Source: a virus. From it: a stretch of 35,810 bases of DNA. Made by a program: the position numbers and the translations under genes. This document shows positions 32,147-35,810 of this stretch, piece by piece; within the stretch, counting starts at the first letter, position 1; each line of letters begins with the position of its first letter. The stretch lies in the UHGV virus genome UHGV-1374208. The stretch is one strand, 5' to 3'. The notes under the pieces were generated by a model. It had not been told where the DNA came from, ran no database searches, and worked only from the letters and a program-made list of their open reading frames with translations.

Positions 32147-32716
32147 TTATTTTTCTGCCGGAAGCCCCATAGCTGCTCTGATCGCCGAGAAATTATCTCC
32201 ACCTGTGCCAGAGCCGCCAGTTGCTCCTACTGGGTTCTTAAAAGGCTCATCAGAGCCAAATAAATAAGCATCAGACTCCTTTACGGTTTCCAATGCTTTC
32301 TTGATGTCCTCAGACTGGTTTTTCGATCCTTTCAAAGCGTCAATATCAAGCATAGCCATGACCGCTTTTTCATTGCGTCCCCCGGCTGTCTTGATTGCTT
32401 CTTTGATCGTGTCGGAAAAGATGCGATCTGCTTCTTTGGCGGCATACTCAGCATCCTTGTCTTTCAGCTGCTGATTCAGCTTATCAATTTCTCCCTGCAT
32501 AGCTGTTGGGTCAACATCTTTAAACTTTTCCAAAGATTCCGTTGTGGTCTCAAGCTGACTCTTATAATTGTCACGCTCCCCCTCTGCTTTGGTAGTCTTT
32601 GCCTTTTCAGCGGCAATGTCTTTCCCGTTCTCTGCCATGATTTTATCAATGACATCCTGCTCCAATCCAAGTCCTTTTAAAAATTCTGTTTTCATGTTTC
32701 CATTCTCCTTTCGCAT
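32147..32716 (-). CDS. Scaffolding protein
   Basis: The N-terminus MKTEFLKGLGLEQDVIDKIMAENGKD is typical of siphovirus scaffolds. The protein is highly charged and helical with a Gly-rich C-terminal tail. It lies immediately upstream of the capsid gene. Confidence 0.8.
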   Translation of the reverse strand: MRKENGNMKTEFLKGLGLEQDVIDKIMAENGKDIAAEKAKTTKAEGERDNYKSQLETTTESLEKFKDVDPTAMQGEIDKLNQQLKDKDAEYAAKEADRIFSDTIKEAIKTAGGRNEKAVMAMLDIDALKGSKNQSEDIKKALETVKESDAYLFGSDEPFKNPVGATGGSGTGGDNFSAIRAAMGLPAEK

Positions 32717-32822
32717 TAGGTTGTTTAAGGTGTGTAACCATCCACCACGAATTGACTGTTTAAGGTCTCATCTACTGACCAAAAAGGCATAAAAATAATA
32801 CATATCTCTATGTGCTAATCTC

Positions 32823-32921
32823 CTAAAGTAACGCCTGCACCTGCTCTTTCAAGCTCTCCGGTACTTCATCAATCGTTAAGTGTCCACCTTTAATCCTGTT
32901 CGCCAAAAACTGTGCCATCAT
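32823..32921 (-). CDS. Tiny ORF (32 aa) upstream of scaffold gene
   Basis: The ATG overlaps the TGA of the upstream gene (ATGA) and has GGAGGTGAA upstream. The product is MMAQFLANRIKGGHLTIDEVPESLKEQVQALL. This is speculative. Confidence 0.25.
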   Translation of the reverse strand: MMAQFLANRIKGGHLTIDEVPESLKEQVQALL

Positions 32922-33208
32922 TTCACCTCCGCTTCCATTGTTGCTAAAATCAGCTCCTGAACCGCCTGATCTGTGACTTCCTGCGCCGCCTGTGTTGCTT
33001 TCAAGTCTTTCTGCAGCTTGCCGTAGGCGCTCATACCATCGTCCACTGCTTCATACTCTTTTATTACATTCTCATCTGTCTCCGTATATCCGACAAAGAC
33101 CAGATTACTAAATCCCTCTGGTTTCTCTTCCTTGAGTGGTTTGTAGCCCTCTTTCTTGATGGAGCTGATTCTCACAGTTCCGTTTTCCATTATTTTTGCA
33201 TAGTTCAT
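32918..33208 (-). CDS. Hypothetical head-module protein
   Basis: The 96-aa ORF has its start overlapping the stop of the 514-aa gene. Confidence 0.45.
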   Translation of the reverse strand: MNYAKIMENGTVRISSIKKEGYKPLKEEKPEGFSNLVFVGYTETDENVIKEYEAVDDGMSAYGKLQKDLKATQAAQEVTDQAVQELILATMEAEVK

Positions 33209-33209
33209 A

Positions 33210-34754
33210 TTACTTCTCCTTTCGGTATGTTACTTTAATATCGGGGTCAAGCTCCCCTCCGTCAACTGTGATGACTGTGGTAGGGTAGTAGGTTTTTAAT
33301 GCTCGGATAGCGTTCTGCTCGGATTCTGAAAGTGGGACGAATTCTTCGGAATCGCCCTTATACAGAACGTGCAATGGATTATCTGCCAAATACTGTTTAT
33401 ATGCATCCAGTGTAAGTTCCACCTCTTCTGGGAGAGTTATACATAGGATTCCTAAATTATTTATAGTAATACCTGTATCTTTTTTGTATCCTCCCATTAA
33501 ATAGTCATATCCTAACAGTTCGATGCAGAACGGTACAACTATTGGGAAAGTAATGTCTGTCCTATAGAATATTTTAGTCGCAGGTTGAATTGACCACTTT
33601 CCTGTTTTTCCGTCAATCGTTTCATTTGCAGAATTATACAACCACCCAATCTGTCCGCCCTGTTCGACCAGTCTGTCCCATTTTGTAATAGGGCGGTCGG
33701 ATGTGAGGGTGAGGGATTGTTCTTTGTAGGATTCAAAAGCCGTTCGACTTGCCCCGATCTCCACTTGCAGTCCACCGCAAACTCCAATAGCATCATTAAG
33801 CGATGTTTTGTTGCATCTAACATAGATATAATCCTCTGTTGCAGTAAATGTGTGCGTATCTTTGGAATTCGGATAACCGGGATAGCATATAAAATATTTA
33901 AAATCTTCAGAACTCTTTAAAGCCACTCCGTAATAATATAATCCTGGATTATTGATTTTTGTATTATTAGATACTGTTACAGTGCTTCCAGCGCAGACAT
34001 AAACTGCAAACTCCACAAAGCCCGCACCATTTGCAGATGTCGTCCAATTCGATTTCTCTTTTGCTTTTTCGTAATCAAACAGATTCTTTCCGGTAACTTT
34101 CGCACCAACTTCATACTTTTGCGTATCTGCATTCAGCTTACCGGTGTTCTTTACCTCCTGCTGATACTCTTGACTTGGGGATGGTTTACCGCCTGTGTAG
34201 GGTTCGTAAGGCTTAGCAGCAGAACCTTCGTTAATGATGATTCCGCCAGTGTTTTGTATCATACTCTTCACTCTTTCGAGACTGTTATTGACTCCTAAGT
34301 AAATGTTTCCATCTTCTGGCGTCAATGTCTTATATTTGGAAATAGCCGCAGATCCGTGCGATAGCCATGTTTTATCGCTACCGTCCGGTTTTATCCCTAC
34401 TGTCAGATATTCGCCATTTTTATTTGCATTTTTAGTAGATGCTGTAACCGTACCGTTTACCGGAAATTTATAATAATAAAATCCGCTTCCTGATTGTGTT
34501 TTATCATAATTTTCGCTATCAAAATCTAAAAGTAACTTTTCGTCAAATAGATTCGCTCCTGTAGTCTGCACCTGCTCCGTCTTCCCACCAAGCTCCAACC
34601 TCTCAAGCGGTGCATCCAAGCTGTTCGGAAGTACCAGCATCCCTGTACCCTCTAGCTCTACCCTGTCATAATTCGGTGGCTGCGGAGCGGAGACTCCTAG
34701 AGGGCAGATCATATCCACTCCTATGATTCCTGTTCCATCTACCATTTCAAACAT
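33210..34754 (-). CDS. Large structural protein in head module with lectin/carbohydrate-binding-like C-terminal region
   Basis: The 514-aa protein has an N-terminal LERLELGGKTEQ motif reminiscent of phage fibre proteins. It is rich in G/T/N/Y and likely forms beta-sandwich domains. It lies between the gp7-like and scaffold genes. Confidence 0.5.
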   Translation of the reverse strand: MFEMVDGTGIIGVDMICPLGVSAPQPPNYDRVELEGTGMLVLPNSLDAPLERLELGGKTEQVQTTGANLFDEKLLLDFDSENYDKTQSGSGFYYYKFPVNGTVTASTKNANKNGEYLTVGIKPDGSDKTWLSHGSAAISKYKTLTPEDGNIYLGVNNSLERVKSMIQNTGGIIINEGSAAKPYEPYTGGKPSPSQEYQQEVKNTGKLNADTQKYEVGAKVTGKNLFDYEKAKEKSNWTTSANGAGFVEFAVYVCAGSTVTVSNNTKINNPGLYYYGVALKSSEDFKYFICYPGYPNSKDTHTFTATEDYIYVRCNKTSLNDAIGVCGGLQVEIGASRTAFESYKEQSLTLTSDRPITKWDRLVEQGGQIGWLYNSANETIDGKTGKWSIQPATKIFYRTDITFPIVVPFCIELLGYDYLMGGYKKDTGITINNLGILCITLPEEVELTLDAYKQYLADNPLHVLYKGDSEEFVPLSESEQNAIRALKTYYPTTVITVDGGELDPDIKVTYRKEK

Positions 34755-35020
34755 TGCACTTCTACTCCTTTTTCGCTTGTTGCTGTGGGGATGATCTGGA
34801 CGATGTTGCTCTTTCCACCACCGTAGGAACCGTACTGCAATACCTGTGCGGTCTGTGCCGGAATCAGTACGCTTTGTTCTTTTGTTGCGTCCCTTTCCAG
34901 AGATGCGTAAATATCACCATCCGTAAAATTCTTAACCAGAAATTCGGATGATGCTGTCTCAAATTCAAAAATCAATGTTTCTTCCGCTGTCGGCTGTCTG
35001 ATTACTTTTACTTTACTCAT
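34739..35020 (-). CDS. Hypothetical head-module protein
   Basis: The 93-aa ORF overlaps both neighbouring genes by a few nt. Confidence 0.4.
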   Translation of the reverse strand: MSKVKVIRQPTAEETLIFEFETASSEFLVKNFTDGDIYASLERDATKEQSVLIPAQTAQVLQYGSYGGGKSNIVQIIPTATSEKGVEVQCLKW

Positions 35021-35808
35021 TTCCTAAACCTCCTAAATCGTTTTGGTACGGGTGCCACTCTGCCGCGCATATCGTAATAGATGCGCTCTCTTTCTTGTTG
35101 TAGACCCATTTTCTTGCAAAATCTGGTGTATTCTCCCAGTTGTCCTTGATACTTTGCTTTCGCAAGCATCACATCGTCTGGATCAGCTCCGCCCTGTTTT
35201 AGTAGCACAGCCTTTTCTCTCTGTGCCCTCATAGCGGTTTCCATTTTCCTCTGTTGCTGTCTGGCTTCGTATAAGGTGTATTCCTTGCCGTTAAACGTCT
35301 TAGGTATACTTTCCTTTCGGTTCTGCTCTGCAAGCCAAGAATCAGACCAATTCCGCTCCGAGACGCCTTTCACAAACGGGTAATATTCGTGATAGCAGTT
35401 CGCTCCAAGCAGTCCAGTGACTGTTCCAAGACCACATACCGTAACAAGTTGTTCCTTTGACCAGACCTTCCCTTGCCAGACAGCGTGTGATGGTCTCGCC
35501 CCTGCGTGCCACGCAATCTCAAAATGTTCTGTTCCTAACTTCTCGGCGTTCATTTCTGTGATTTTCCCTGTAAGCTGTGATACTCCTGTCATAACCGCTC
35601 TCCTTGCCGCCACATCTACCCTGCTATGCCACCCAGAAGCGTAGTCAATGCTTCTGAGTCCGCTGTTTGTGAGTTGAGTAACCACCTTGCGAATCATGGT
35701 ATTGTAGTCAAATGCACCGTAAACCACTCCCGTGATAGCCTTATCAAGGTATCCTTGGTAGATGTCGGATAATAGAGTCATGACGAGCCTACCGCCGCCG
35801 TAATCCAC
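35017..35808 (-). CDS. Head morphogenesis protein (SPP1 gp7 / MuF-like), C-terminal part; N-terminal part is at 2..409 across the junction
   Basis: The segment TEHFEIAWHAGARPSHAVWQGKVW resembles the gp7/MuF core. The frame runs to the window end and joins the 2..409 frame without a stop. Confidence 0.65.
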   Translation of the reverse strand: MDYGGGRLVMTLLSDIYQGYLDKAITGVVYGAFDYNTMIRKVVTQLTNSGLRSIDYASGWHSRVDVAARRAVMTGVSQLTGKITEMNAEKLGTEHFEIAWHAGARPSHAVWQGKVWSKEQLVTVCGLGTVTGLLGANCYHEYYPFVKGVSERNWSDSWLAEQNRKESIPKTFNGKEYTLYEARQQQRKMETAMRAQREKAVLLKQGGADPDDVMLAKAKYQGQLGEYTRFCKKMGLQQERERIYYDMRGRVAPVPKRFRRFRK

Positions 35809-35810
35809 AT

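Overview
The window reads as a complete, circularly permuted genome of about 35.8 kb from a temperate siphovirus-like phage of a low-GC Gram-positive host. Shine-Dalgarno sites are AGGAGG-like and GTG/TTG starts occur. The strongest sign that it is complete is that the minus-strand head-morphogenesis gene (SPP1 gp7/MuF-like) runs off position 1 and continues in frame at position 35810. Nearly all genes are on the minus strand, in this order from high to low coordinates: a head module (head morphogenesis, scaffold, major capsid, connectors), a tail module (major tail, chaperones, tape measure, Dit, Tal with collagen-like repeats), lysis (holin, amidase endolysin), early genes (antirepressor, Rad52-like SSAP, NinB, RusA, replisome organizer, DNA methyltransferase, many small Cys-rich proteins), a RinA/ArpU-like late activator, a terminator, a tRNA-like remnant, tRNA-Asn, and packaging genes (terS, terL, portal). 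A plus-strand island at 15.5-20.6 kb carries the lysogeny functions: a CI-like repressor facing divergent consensus promoters with 14-bp palindromic operators, a convergently placed Cro-like HTH gene, a DUF4236/transmembrane/Ada-Zn-like membrane protein, a large serine integrase with a candidate attP directly after it, and a three-gene moron operon under a consensus sigma-70 promoter that ends in a small HTH, the layout typical of Acr-Aca anti-defense operons. A second stand-alone Ada-Zn-like gene sits antisense inside the early operon with its own promoter and operator. All functional calls rest on motif recognition and gene context only, with no database searches, so each should be confirmed by HMM or structure searches.
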